A stretch of 64,000 bases of DNA from the NCBI GenBank assembly GCA_002269645.1, contig NIVC01003144.1:1-64000 (forward strand). Direction: 5' to 3'. The translations under genes were made by a program, and so were the position numbers. A model generated the notes under the pieces. The model was given only the letters and a program-made list of their open reading frames with translations. It searched no databases and had not been told where the DNA came from. The DNA comes from Macrostomum lignano (taxonomy: Eukaryota). Below are positions 1 to 11,824 of this stretch, in pieces (position 1 is the first letter of the stretch; each line of letters opens with the position of its first letter).

Positions 1-330
1 CCGGATCAGTTGGTCCGGATCACTGGAGAATTCCGACTCAATTCCCGAAATCTCACCCGGAACATTTTCACCCGGAACACTACTGAAATTCGGTTCTACA
101 CCCAGAATTCCATAGTTCCGGGCCGTGAAAATTCCGGAAAATCAGACCGGAACAGCTTTCCTTTTCTTTCCGAAAAATTTTCCGGATCATATTTCCGGAT
201 TTTTTTTCCGGAACAAGGGCTGTTCCGGGCCAAAAAAGCTGATCCGGGCCTTCACCCGGAAATCAATAAAAAATCGGGCCCGGATCACAAAATTCCGGAA
301 AAAATTCGGGGTGAAACGTTCGACGGGTCT
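1..330. mobile_element. GC-rich, CCGG/TCCGGA-rich segment, probably the subterminal end of a DNA transposon or MITE truncated by the window edge
   Basis: Dense TCCGG/CCGGA motifs in both orientations with CpGs intact. It ends abruptly at ...GGGTGAAACGTTCGACGGGTCTCC where the 29-bp array begins. No partner end is visible in the window. Confidence 0.3.
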
Positions 331-2955
331 CCAATGCCGCCACAACATTTCAGCAATTCCCCAATGCGCCACAGCATTTCAGCGATTCCCCAATGAGCCA
401 CAGCATTTCAGCAATTCCCCAATGAGCATTGACATCTCAGCAATTCTCTCAATGAGCCACAGCATTTCAGCAATTCCTTAAAGAGCATTATTCTATTCTC
501 CAATGAGCCACAGCATTTCAGCAATTCCCCAATGCGCCACAGCATTTCAAGCAATTCCCCAATGAGCCACAGCATTTCAGCAATTCTCCAATGCGCCACA
601 GCATTTCAGCAATTCCCCAATGAGCCACAGCATTTCAGCAATTCTCCAATGAGCCACAGCATTTTAGCAATTCCCCAATGAGCATCTTCAGCAATTCTCC
701 AATGAGCCACAGCATTTTAGCAATTCCCCAATGAGCCACAGCATTTCAGCAATTCTCCAATGAGCCACAGCATTTCAGCAATTCCCCAATGAGCCACAGC
801 ATTTCAGCAATTCTCCAAAGCATTTCAATTCCCCAATGCGCCACAGCATTTCAGCGATTCCCCAATAGCATTTCAGCAATTCCCCAATGAGCATTGATAT
901 CTCAGCAATTCTCCCAATGAGCCACAGCATTTCAGCAATTCCTTAAAGAGCATTGATATCTCAGCAATTCTCCCAATGAGCCACAGCATTTCAGCAATTC
1001 CCCAATGCGCCACAGCATTTCAGCAATTCCCCAATGAGCCACAGCATTTCAGCAATTCTCCAATGCGCCACAGCATTTCAGCAATTCCCCAATGAGCCAC
1101 AGAATTTCAGCAATTCTCCAATGAGCCACAGCATTTTAGCAATTTCCCAATGAGCATTGATATCTCAGCAATTCTCCCAATGAGCCACAGCATTTCAGCA
1201 ATTCCTTAAAGAGCATTGATATCTCAGCAATTCTCCCAATGAGCCACAGCATTTCAGCAATTCCCCAATGAGCATTGATATCTCAGCAATTCTCCCAATG
1301 AGCCACAGCATTTCAGCAATTCCTTAAAGAGCATTGATATCTCAGCAATTCTCCTAATGAGCCACAGCATTTCAGCAATTCCCCAATGCGCCACAGCATT
1401 TCAGCAATTCCCCAATGAGCCACAGCATTTCAGCAATTCTCCAATGCGCCACAGCATTTCAGCAATTCCCCAATGCGCCACAGCATTTCAGCAATTCCCC
1501 AATGAGCCACAGCATTTCAGCAATTCTCCAATGCGCCACAGCATTTCAGCAATTCCCCAATGAGCCACAGCATTTCAGCAATTCCCCAATGAGCATTGAT
1601 ATCTCAGCAATTCTCCCAATGAGCCACAGCATTTCAGCAATTCTCCAATGCGCCACAGCATTTCAGCAATTCCCCAATGCGCCACAGCATTTCAGCAATT
1701 CCCCAATGCGCCACAGCATTTCAGCAATTCCCCAATGAGCCACAGCATTTCAGCGATTCCCCAATGAGCCACAGCATTTCAGCAATTCCCCAATGAGCAT
1801 TGATATCTCAGCAATTCTCCCAATGAGCCACAGCATTTCAGCAATTCCTTAAAGAGCATTGATATCTCAGCAATTCTCCCAATGAGCCACAGCATTTCAG
1901 CAATTCTCCAATGCGCCACAACATTTCAGCAATTCCCCAATGCGCCACAGCATTTCAGCGATTCCCCAATGAGCCACAGCATTTCAGCAATTCCCCAATG
2001 AGCATTGACATCTCAGCAATTCTCTCAATGAGCCACAGCATTTCAGCAATTCCTTAAAGAGCATTGATATCTCAGCAATTCTCCCAATGAGCCACAGCAT
2101 TTCAGCAATTCCCCAATGCGCCACAGCATTTCAGCAATTCCCCAATGAGCCACAGCATTTCAGCAATTCTCCAATGCGCCACAGCATTTCAGCAATTCCC
2201 CAATGAGCCACAGCATTTCAGCAATTCTCCAATGAGCCACAGCATTTTAGCAATTCCCCAATGAGCCACAGCATTTCAGCAATTCTCCAATGAGCCACAG
2301 CATTTCAGCAATTCCCCAATGAGCCACAGCATTTCAGCAATTCTCCAATGCGCCACAGCATTTCAGCAATTCCCCAATGCGCCACAGCATTTCAGCGATT
2401 CCCCAATGAGCCACAGCATTTCAGCAATTCCCCAATGAGCATTGATATCTCAGCAATTCTCCCAATGAGCCACAGCATTTCAGCAATTCCTTAAAGAGCA
2501 TTGATATCTCAGCAATTCTCCCAATGAGCCACAGCATTTCAGCAATTCCCCAATGCGCCACAGCATTTCAGCAATTCCCCAATGAGCCACAGCATTTCAG
2601 CAATTCTCCAATGCGCCACAGCATTTCAGCAATTCCCCAATGAGCCACAGAATTTCAGCAATTCTCCAATGAGCCACAGCATTTTAGCAATTCCCCAATG
2701 AGCCACAGCATTTCAGCAATTCTCCAATGAGCCACAGCATTTCAGCGATTCCCCAATGAGCCACAGCATTTCAGCAATTCCCCAATGCGCCACAGCATTT
2801 CAGCAATTCCCCAATGAGCCACAGCATTTCAGCAATTCCCCAATGAGCATTGATATCTCAGCAATTCTCCCAATGAGCCACAGCATTTCAGAAATTCCCC
2901 AATGAGCATTGATATCTCAGCAATTCTCCCAATGAGCCACATCATTTCAGCAATA
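331..2955. repeat. 29-bp minisatellite (CAATGAGCCACAGCATTTCAGCAATTCCC, plus a variant CAATGAGCATTGATATCTCAGCAATTCTCC) in NDUFS5 intron 1
   Basis: Direct tandem periodicity; ORF translations repeat every 29 aa (3 x 29 nt). Rare variants recur 1576 bp apart (CACAACATTT at 341/1917; GACATCTCAG at 431/2007). Confidence 0.97.
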
Positions 2956-2997
2956 CCCCCCTAAGCCCATGGTCTAGCATATAAGGCACAAATTTAC

Positions 2998-3423
2998 CTC
3001 CTTGTAATGATTGGAGCACTCGTCGTAATCGTCAAAGTAGATCCGGCACCATTTGTGAAGATTCTGCACGCCAACCCTGGACAAGCAGCGATAGAGGTCG
3101 CGCTCCATGATGTGGCAGTGCTTGGGGAAATCTCTGCCCTGCATAGTGAACTGGCCGCTCATCCAGTGCAGATGATGGTTGTCTAGCGGAGGCCGCTGGA
3201 ACACGTTGCCAAATAGTCTGTTTGGCCTGGGCAGGCCGAACGCATTGAATCTGGTCTCGTTAGGATGAAGCGGCCTCGTCAGTCGGTAGGTAGCGTAGCT
3301 CAACGCTTCTCCGGGCGTCTCAAAGTGCGGATAAGGCGGCGAAGGATTCTCTAAGCAGTCGCGATTCAGCTTGAGCAGCCGGTCGGGATCCTCATAAGTG
3401 ATTGGCGTGCGAGTGTCCGACAT
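2998..3423 (-). CDS. NDUFS5: NADH:ubiquinone oxidoreductase subunit S5 (15-kDa, twin CX9C) homolog, first coding exon; the gene continues beyond window position 1
   Basis: HCHIMERDLYRCLSRVGVQNLHKWCRIYFDDYDEC is CX9C-X13-CX9C and matches human NDUFS5 [35 protein letters not shown], recalled from memory. Phase-0 donor GAG|GTAAAT at 2997. Confidence 0.85.
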
Positions 3424-4299
3424 TGCCGCAATATTAGCTATGCACTGATTGACCTTTTGTTAACTAATTATTTAGATAATAACAGAAATCCTTCAAAGTT
3501 GATTGATTCCACAGTCGGCCCAGGTGGCTGGCCATGCATTAAAATAGAAGTTCAACAATGAATGGCCAACAGCCCAGGTTTATGTTTAATGGCATGTAAT
3601 TAAAGTTCCATATTTTTTTAATTCTTATTTTATTAAAAGATGTCTGTAGATTTGAGAGGCTCAGCAATGTAAAGGGTAGTGTAGAGATGCTGGTACTTAA
3701 TTTTTTCATTTTAGCATCAAAATTTTGTGCTTTTGTTTTTAAAACGAAAACTGCTTGTGGCTTTGTATAAAATTCACTGACATGTCAATTATTGCTTTAT
3801 TCCAGATAAATATTCTGATTGACCCTTTGTTGCCATCATCACTTCATTTGTAAATGCAGATGAATATGCAACTATAAGGTGAAGGCTTTTTGCTGGGTCA
3901 TGCAGCCCCTCTTCTTATATTTTAAAGCTGCTTGCAGTATAAGTTTTAATCACTATGACAACTAATATAATCATATTATTAATCTTATTTCATGATTTCA
4001 TTTGTCATGTCAAATCATATATAGAGATAGACCATTTGTCATAGATTTGCAACATTCTGGATCTGTCTAGTGTTCAATAATTGTCTTTTTAATCAAAAAA
4101 AATTTTAACCTATGATAATAGAAGATGATTAACATTGACAAAAATAATTTTAACACTATAAAATGCCTTAAAACAATTTTAAGGCATTTCTTTAAATAGA
4201 AAAACAATTTCAAGATTGTCTAGATTGTATGGGATTCATAGCTTCAAAGCTTTAAATAACAGCTTTAAGTGAAAAATGGATTTAAAATATTAATAAATG

Positions 4300-5200
4300 A
4301 TATGTTATATAATCAAAGAGATGGAGGTATCCATTAACAGTTTGAAACAGTTGAAATCTAAAAAAATCTTCATATTGTATGCTTAGGCCTAAATCTTATC
4401 AATAGACAAAAATATGGCAAATGAAATGACCACAACTTTTCAAATGAATTGAATAAGCTTAAAGGATAATTTATCTTTTTGGCAAAAAATGAATTTAAAG
4501 CTAGAGTCAAATCTGTAGAAAGCAGAGATTGTATAGTCAGTAGGCCTAGATACAGTGTAGTTGAGACAATAGGCCATACTTGTATGTCATATTTGTAAAT
4601 CTATATTTTATCTTATTTATCTCTAGGTCTCTAAGACTAAGACTGAATATGACAGATTCTGACTCTAGCAATTTATCAATTTACTAAGAACTAGGCGATG
4701 GCTAGTCAATTAAATTAACTATAGATGAGTGCAACCTTGCTCAATGCAATTTTGGGACTTTTGTAAAGAGCTTAAAGGTTCAGAGAATGATGGCCATAAT
4801 GCCATGGGTGACCAAGTAGACAACACACTCTACTAGAACCTGATTCCTGGTGCAAAAGCCACTGCCACTTCATGGCTTGCAGCTAATAACTAGGGATACA
4901 CTCTAAAAGCCAATCAGCATGGTATTGATTATGTCGCATGGCAATGCCACTATTGAAAATGGATTTTCCATGAATAAAGACATGCTAGTGTCTAACCTAC
5001 AGGATTACTAGATGTCCCTATACTAAGTCTAAGATGCCATAATAGTACCTGATGGCTACAAGAACATCTTACTTTCCAAGAATATTCTATCAAGTGTGAG
5101 AATGGCCAGATAGTACTACTATAATGCCTTGGAAGAAAAGACAACAGTCACTATATCCTTGAAGAAAAAAGCAACTAATAAGATTTTTTTGCATTGAACA
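4300..5200 (+). pseudogene. Decayed hAT-like DNA transposase, C-terminal dimerisation-like region
   Basis: 4910-5045 reads PISMVLIMSHGNATIENGFSMNKDMLVSNLQ, resembling the L-SHG-A-vErGFS-NK motif of hAT-type transposases. Flanked by multiple stops. Confidence 0.6.
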
Positions 5201-6066
5201 AGAGCTCAAACTCTATCAATGTCAATACCTGTTGTTCACATCAGCAGTGAACCAATGGCACTGCTTGCTTTGATAGCAATTGACAATGCTATATCAAATG
5301 AAACACTAAATAGATTAGAGTGAAAAAATGATAACTATATACCATATACTGTTTTATCTAACCATTAGTAACAATACTAGGCTTATAGCTGATACAACAG
5401 ATGCTGATATTATAAATGCAAAGAATATAGTGGAGCTTCTGCAATATGGACATATAAAGCTCTTCCAAAGGCAATGATTTCATCTTTTATTGCAAGCCAT
5501 GTCTACTTAAAAATGTAGAGTGCTAGTCTGGTGAAGTAACACATTTTGGCCCTAAAAGCTCCTATCCAGATTGAATGTATTTTAACCAATGAATGCAAAA
5601 ACTAAGGACATAACTCTAACCAATAAAAAGTAGCTATGTACCATCCAATGCGATCAAGACTAAAAAGTACTATAAAAGCCCATATCAGACAAGCAAGAAG
5701 CTTGCCTCCTTTTTTTGCCTCCCTTTTTGCGCCTCTTTTCCACCTCTCTTTGCCTCTTTTCTGCCTTTTTTTGCCTCTCCCTTTTCCCCTTCCTTCTTTT
5801 AGCTTTTGTTAGCTATCTAAGAATTACTTCTGATTGAAACAGTTAAGGTCTCAACTCAAATACCAAAAATGATAAATTTTTTTCATCATCAGGAAAAGTC
5901 AGTTGAATCCGCCACCTCAGTTATTTGGCTCTCACATTGATATTTGAAGTAGACATAGAGCCATAGAAGTGAGACCAGACAAATAAATAAACAACACAGC
6001 ATATTTAAAATATTTCACTGGTAGGCTGCCAAGCAACTAATCTATTATGAAGACACAATTCTATCA

Positions 6067-6640
6067 ATGGCATATGCAAAGGGCAGGGCAAGGTGGCCAC
6101 AGCCTATCCTTATCATCTGGGATGCTGCATATTTCATCAATCTTGCTATTACCAATATGCAAGATAGACCAAATAGGCATGTGATAGTCTGCTTTATAAA
6201 GTGGGCCAATAAATTTGCCCATCTTTTAGGACCTAGGCATGGCTTTGCTATTATATAAGTAGGTCACACTAATTCCAATTGAAGGAATAATGAAAATGTA
6301 TAAATAAGTGTCACAATATAAGTTCCAAAATGCAATGTTATTAATGCTATTTATATACTACAGGTAAGGATTCAACTGCATATGCTATCCCTACCTTTCT
6401 GATGCAGAGGTTCTTAAGCTTCTCAATAAGATAGTTACAAATGCCTATGGCCAGCTGCATAATGCATTTTGTAAAAAAATCTAAAACTATAGAGTCAGCA
6501 AGACATTTCAATATGAAATATTTGGCAAGTGACTTTGTCATAGAGCTCTTATGTTTGCAAGAACTTCTGGTACCTATCAAGGCATTTATGAATATAGTTC
6601 AATATTCCCAACTTCCTTATTAGGTCTACATCAATTCCAC
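6067..6640 (+). pseudogene. Second decayed hAT-like (ZNF862/ZMYM-type) transposase fragment
   Basis: IIWDAAYFINLA resembles the hAT W/C-x-x-H-x-x-NLA motif. Downstream, ARHFNMKYLASDFVIELLCLQELLVPIKAFMNIVQ resembles the hAT F-x-F...L..L...LQ segment. Broken by stops and frameshifts. Confidence 0.45.
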
Positions 6641-7657
6641 CCTTTGTTAGACTGTAGCCAATTTTCATTGCATGCGAGGCAACCATATGCAGGTTGGTTT
6701 AAAGGTTAAATACATTAAAGTTTTTCACTAGTTTTTGGCTAGCTATATAATGAGTATAAAATAATAAAATAATAAACTGTCATTTCATTTTCTAAAACTT
6801 GTAGTGGACACTTATGGGACACCCAAAATCTCAAAAATGTAAAAAAACAGCAGAAAGTTACCTGTATGGTTGATGCAATCACAATTTACTCAATCTCCCC
6901 ACCCTGAAACCTCCCATTCCCCATGCCCCAGTGGTTGGCTTTAAGCTACGACCCCCCGCCCCCTATTAGGATTGGAATAAATCAACATAACCTTCAATAG
7001 GTCTCTATGCCTCTATTGAAGTTTATGTTGATAAAATCAATCCTCATGAAAAATCTCCCCACCCTAAACCCCCCCCCTATTCCCTATGCCCCAGTGGTTG
7101 GCTTTAAGCTACATATAATTGGGTTAAAGCTACCAAAAAATAGAGCTCAAATTTGAAATCAGCACCATCAAGTCCCTTTAGAGACGGAATTATGATCCTA
7201 TCAAAATTGCAACTATTTTATCAACATAGTGCCTAGTGTTGGCACTCCTTTCACTTCTTAAATCTTAACCTTAAACTTTTTCTTCGAAAATTGAAATGTA
7301 CTATCTTTTGTTATGGAAACTATTAAAATGCTAGTACCAATTTTCAAATAGCTTTATATACCACTTTTTATATGCTATATATTTTTTTGATTCAATCAAA
7401 CATGCTAAATATATATGCCAATGAACTATGAAAGGCTAATGCATGCTAGTAAATTTAGGCACATAAGATACTTTCTTGATTATAATATGGGCAGCACCAG
7501 TTGATCAACACAGAACTGTTAGTGTTTTTTGTAATTGGCTAACCATTTTACTAAGAACTACTAGGGCCTATAATGTTATAACTGTTAAAGCTAAACTAAA
7601 CTTTGAATATTCTAAACCATGCCTAATTTTAAACTTTTGTATCAAAATTTTATTATG

Positions 7658-8258
7658 GAAGTGCTTATCCCCATGGTCCCCTGCCAATAATTCCAATTTT
7701 ATCCTTGTCAATAATTTCCAGCTTATCCCTATAACAGCTTATTGAAATAGCTGCCACCATTCAAGTCTATAGGCTGTGTCAATAATTACAATTTTATCCA
7801 CACGGATCCATGTCAATATTTTCAGTTTATCCCCATGGCTAAGATTGTGTAGTTGTTTGTGTTTAGTTTTGTGTACTGACATTAAATCAATATTGTCATT
7901 ATTATTAGTATTATTATCATTATTATTATATTTTGAATTTTGAATTTGGCAAGTCTCATTCACCTTGATCTTTAGGTTGTTTGGTCATTTTAAACAAAGC
8001 TGGCAGCTAAGCAAATTTAAAATTAACCCTTTAATGACAAAATGTGTTAACAAACTACTCAATACTATTCAATATTCAGTACATAAACTTTATTTAGAAG
8101 ATTTATAAAACAGTGAAAACAAAAAGACAGTTTTGAACAGATTCATTTTAAGGTTCTTTATTTCAATAAGCTGTTGTAGGGTGAGCTAGAAATTATTGAC
8201 ACAGATCCATATGGATAAAATTGGAATAATCAGCATGGGACCCTGGGATAGGCGCTTC
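7658..8258. mobile_element. Non-autonomous TIR element (~600 bp, ~90-bp imperfect terminal inverted repeats)
   Basis: 7658-7748 (GAAGTGCTTATCCC...ACAGCTTATTGAAATA) is the reverse complement of 8160-8258 (TATTTCAATAAGCTGT...GGGATAGGCGCTTC), with CpG-type differences. No clear TSD. Confidence 0.7.
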
Positions 8259-8409
8259 TTTTTAATATAGGCCTACCTAATTATTGACCTTGCATATTTT
8301 TTGTCTATTTGATTTTGCATTTGCACTAAATATGTTCTATGCTTTTGTTTTTAATATGCTCTATTTTACCTATGGCTATGCTAAATATGCTAGTATGCTT
8401 TTTGTATTC

Positions 8410-9590
8410 TATAATTTTTTTCTTATAGTTTGCTTTCTTATAAAATTCATATCAGAGAAAAAAATTGGCCTTGTCAAAGTGGTTATAATTTCTTAAAAAG
8501 CCTAGTAACACTAGTTTGTAATTCACACAAAAATTAGGCCCCTATGTATTACTTTCCAAAGTATTTTTAATACATTATCATTCATCTTTGTTGTCATTTT
8601 ATAGTAAGAAATTCTAAGTGTTTAGAAGGCTTTGCTCATATAAATAATTTATAGGCCTAGGCTACCACATGTTATTTTATAATATAAGTTATTCTCCACA
8701 TTATTCCATACATTATTCCATATAATAGGCCTATCTATTATCCATATGGAACAATATATAGTCATAGAACTTGTGGAATAACTAGGCCTAGCAGAATGTG
8801 TGGAATAATATAGGGAATAGGCCTAACATGTATAATAATATGTGGTATATGTTATATGATCATATTCATTATTTACTCAAGGAGGGGAACTGGGAAAAAA
8901 GACACTAAGAATAAGTTATAAGAGTAAGGCCTAGTGCTATAACCTTTTAAGTCTAACTTAATTAGTCTAATCTTAGACTTAGTAATGCCTAGATTGGAAA
9001 ATAATATATATACCAATAAGACCACATAAGCATACTAGAATTAGACTAAGATACTATTAGAGTTAGACTAAAATGCTACCAGAACTATACTAAGATAGGC
9101 CTACTATGCTACCAGACCAAAAAGATACTGAGACTTATGGCTATGCAAAGATAAAATAGAGTGCAATAATAGGGATTAAAATAGAAGGCCTAGAGAAATC
9201 AGATCTAGTACAAATACAACTTTGGTAGCAACAGTGAATTTTTTAGAAGACAGTAGAAAAGCACTATGACAACTTTGCTAGCTTAACAGAGGGATAGGCC
9301 TAGGCCCTATTTATAAAGACAGAAGCGAGAATGGTCCATGCTTACTTTAGTCTTTATCTCTAACTGGTCTAATTTCAGTATAGTACAAAAAATTCATAAC
9401 TTTGTCAATAGGCCTACTAAAAAAACTAAAATTTTACATAGAAGCATAGTTTCTTGCCCCGCATGTTTTTAATAAATTTTATGAATTTACTAGGCTTTTT
9501 AAGAAATTATAACCACTTTGACAAGGCCAACTTTTCTCCTCTGATATGAATTTCATAAGAAAGCAAACTATAATATAATGAAAAAATTAA
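8410..9590. repeat. ~100-bp inverted repeat pair (8410-8508 / 9490-9590), probable degraded TIR element
   Basis: TTATAGTTTGCTTTCTTAT..TTGGCCTTGTCAAAGTGGTTATAATTTCTTAAAAAGCCTAG at ~8423-8505 matches the reverse complement of 9490-9572. Confidence 0.75.
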
Positions 9591-10257
9591 AATCTAGCAA
9601 AAACAGTTTTTCGTCGAATTTTCTAGCCAATAAGCCAACCAAAGTAGCAAAAGAAAATAAATATATTTAAGTAGCATTGGCTTTTTTTAGAAAATATTTA
9701 TTTAACAAAATTTACTAGAAAAAGTATGATTTTAGAATTAGGGCCTAACTTGGCTGTCTCAACTTTGTCACCTAGAAGTAAACAAGCTTGCAGGGTGTAG
9801 TAAAATCTGAAGTTTTTAAATCACACAGAAGTGTCAACTTATGCAAATGAATGAAAGGGTGCGTTCGAGTAGTAGCCAAGGCCCAAGGGCAGGCCAACCT
9901 AGAGCCTCTTCACGGCTATCGATTCTCGAAGCAGAATCGGTTCGGATTTCCAAGAAAAAAAGCAGTATAACTATTTAACTTTGTTGAATGTTTGACTGCT
10001 CTAACAGCCTCACTTTGCACAATTTTTCACTTTCTTCTTGGCTATTGCCATTCAATAATCACAATTTTAAAGCACTAATATCCCTCTAGTTTAGGAGACT
10101 AAAAGTTATACTTTACAAATTGCTTCTGGTTCTCGAACCATAACAAGCAATATGAAGAGCCTCCTAAATTAGGACGGGAAACCTCGTTTCTTAAAAAATT
10201 TTAGAAGGCAGGTTTTCCTGCCTCCTATCAGCAGGTTTTCCTGAAACTGCCTCCTAT

Positions 10258-11502
10258 GGGTGCGTTCGAGTGACTTAAAATGACTTAAACTGCCATTTTA
10301 ACGTCCTTAGTAAAACAAATGTTAAGCAGACTAAATGTAAAAATAATCTAGGTAAATGATAGTCAAATTACAATTAAGAATTAATTCAATTTCTAAAACC
10401 GGTCTAAGATTAAAAAACGTCACCTATACTTCTTCCAACTCAACCTGAACGCCTAGGCACCGTTTTAACTTCGCTCGCAATTACCACATTTAATCGTAAT
10501 TGAATATTTTGTATTCTTCACCTTTGTTCTATCATTTGCTTTCACGTCCTTTTGCTCAGTTCGCTGCCCGTCATTATAGTCTTTGAATAATTGCTTAGTA
10601 CTAATATTGTTTATTTATTAATTTTTATTACATAGTAGTTTATTTGGACTTGGAATATAGTCACTATTATTGTTGCTACTGTTATTATTTTTCTATTGGA
10701 GTTTTGTACTTTTTAAGCTTGGTTCTTATTCTTCAATATAGTATCTGAGTGAACTTCATGTTATAGTTTACTAAGCAATTATTCAAAGACTATTTTGACG
10801 GGCAGCGAAGTGAGCAAAAAGACGTGAAAGCAAATGATAGAACAAAGGTGAAGAATACAAAATATTCAATTACGATTAAATGTGGTAATTGCGAGCGAAG
10901 TTAAAACGGTGCCTAGGCGTTCAGGTTGAGTTGGAAGAAGTATAGGTGACGTTTTTTAATCTTAGACCGGTTTTAGAAATTGAATTAATTCTTAATTGTT
11001 ATTTGACTATCATTTACCTAGATTATTTTTACATTTAGTCTGCTTAACATTTGTTTTACTAAGGACGTTAAAATGGCAGTTTAAGTCATTTTGGGTCTCC
11101 CTAAAACACGCCCCGCACCGCCCTGCAGCGCTACACATTAAAACAAATTGGACTATAACTGAAGACACTTCAAAATGCGTTTTCTGTTAAAATTCAAAGT
11201 TTTTATTAAATTCAGTTTTTTTTACTATAAAATATAAAATTCGGTGAATAATAAGTGATATTAATAATAATATTAATAAAATTAATAAGAATATAATTTA
11301 ATAATGAAAACGAGAATATAAAAAATAATAATAAAATTTATAATAATAATTAAAGATATTTATTCCATTACTCTTACAACAAATATTTTCTTTGCAATCA
11401 AATACTGCATTGACAAAAAAATGTTATAATGTGTAGCGGTTCGGGGCGGTGCGGTGCGTGTTTTAGGGGGACCCAGTCATTTTAAGTCACTCGAACGCAC
11501 CC
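10258..11502. mobile_element. Foldback-like MITE with ~343-bp TIRs and 3-bp TAT TSD (PIF/Harbinger-like)
   Basis: Termini GGGTGCGTTCGAGTGACTTAAAATGACT ... AGTCATTTTAAGTCACTCGAACGCACCC. Arms 10258-10600 and 10769-11502 (excluding the nested insert) differ at only a few positions. TAT on both sides (10255-57, 11503-05). Confidence 0.88.
11093..11474. mobile_element. 382-bp MITE with ~48-bp TIRs and 9-bp TSD (Mutator/MULE-like), inserted in the right TIR of the previous element
   Basis: TIRs GGGTCTCCCTAAAACACGCCCCGCACCGCC.. / ..GGCGGTGCGGTGCGTGTTTTAGGGGGACCC. Exact duplication AGTCATTTT at 11084-92 and 11475-83. Confidence 0.9.
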
Positions 11503-11824
11503 TATCAAAAGCAATAACAATTTTTGTGCTGAAAAAATGAAAACTTCCTATCTTCGTAGGCCTAGTGTATTTTTTCGGGAAAACCTGCCTTCTAAAATTT
11601 TCTAAGAAACGAAGCTTCCTGTCCTTCTACTTAAGTCGTCCTTGGTAGTAGCTCGAAAATTTCAATTTTTTCTCTATCAACGCTCATTTGCAAAAATTGC
11701 TTTAAAAAGTCTGCAACTAAATGACTAATTATTCATCTAATTAATTGCCATATTCTGATGTTAATTGTAAAGTAACTCTTATTTAAGGATTATTAGGGTA
11801 TAGGCCTATAATAAAATAGGCGGT

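Larger units (their letters stand above)
10171..11625. mobile_element. Outer TIR element (48-bp inverted repeats) hosting two nested insertions
   Basis: 10171-10218 AGGACGGGAAACCTCGTTTCTTAAAAAATTTTAGAAGGCAGGTTTTCC vs reverse complement of 11578-11625, about 4 mismatches. Confidence 0.7.

Noticed and set aside
5695-5800. Lys/Arg/Gly-rich minus-strand stretch resembling a LINE ORF1 basic motif
   Set aside because: Low-complexity pyrimidine tract with no accompanying reverse transcriptase or endonuclease evidence.
6893-7112. Local direct repeat plus hairpin (TCAACATAA..TTATGTTGA) as a possible ncRNA
   Set aside because: More simply internal structure of a degraded MITE; no RNA family features recognised.
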